NCBI GenBank assembly: GCA_051362555.1
Contig: CM120642.1
Location: 21,576,001-21,640,000, forward strand
Direction: 5' to 3'
Length of the DNA: 64,000 nt
Source: Lingula anatina
Lineage: Eukaryota; Animalia; Brachiopoda
The notes below the pieces were generated by a model. It ran no database searches. It worked only from the letters and a program-made list of their open reading frames with translations, and had not been told where the DNA came from. Shown here one piece after another: positions 63,397 through 64,000 of this stretch (the first letter of the stretch is position 1; each line of letters begins with the position of its first letter). Both the position numbers and the translations under genes were made by a program.

Positions 63397-64000
63397 GTAG
63401 GCCACTCGATACTTATTAGACCTTTACAGCTCACTGATTTGTTATATTTAAGAATTAGCTTGTTCAACGCGGAGCCTATATTGTAAAAAGAACGTTCCAC
63501 AAAAGTTTCTGGCCATACATCTTTACATTTTGAGTAAATAATCATTCAGCTCAAGCGTTGAATTATTTAAGTACATGGGTAGATTATAGTAGTTACGCAA
63601 GAGACGTTGTTTCATAAAACACGTGTTTTAATTAGCTGTGTTCCATCATATAGGTGTTTCGAAGTCAAAAACCAGGGTATATTTTGGCGGTGCGCGTACT
63701 ATATATAAGGGCACGTTGGTATACTCGCCGTAACGTACTGGATATATTTGATGGAAACAGTTCGTCCTCCCGGCGGCTGGAGAGAGTGTATACGTACGGT
63801 GCCGAGGTAAACATGCCGTCTCCTCTCTACACTACCGGCGGCTCAGTCTTGCTGTCATTTTCACGACTAGATATTGGCTCTAGCGAACGGTATCAAGGAA
63901 TGTTTACAGTACAGTCCGTTGCCGGTGAGTTAACATTAAATTTGAGAAAGAAAACTTTCTCTTGTCTCTTTTCAACACATACAAATGTATGCTTGAATTT

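Noticed and set aside
1-64000. tRNA, rRNA or other recognisable RNA genes
   Set aside because: No cloverleaf, A/B box pair or rRNA signature recognised by eye; a tRNAscan-SE/Infernal run would be needed to exclude them.

Overview
AT-rich eukaryotic DNA with spliceosomal introns, most likely from an invertebrate animal. The window is dominated by transposon debris and satellites. The one clear host gene is the 5' part of a bark beetle/anakonda-like SRCR plus beta-helix protein gene on + (three coding exons, 57304-63396, continuing beyond the window). The most striking object is an 8.3-kb TIR element at 46547-54860 with TACGG...CCGTA ends and a near-perfect 6-bp TSD, matching IS3EU-type termini. 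It carries two convergent genes: an intact HECT E3 ubiquitin ligase exon on + and a decayed integrase-core DDE transposase on -, and both arms contain an inverted copy of the same promoter/first-exon module. Other content: a 5.7-kb hierarchical 28/29-bp satellite, two families of Helentron-type non-autonomous elements with internal tandem arrays, a ZNF862-like hAT transposase pseudogene, L2/CR1 RT relics, Tc1/mariner relics, nested insertions and many MITEs. All calls come from reading the sequence by eye; no database searches were run and some boundaries are approximate.
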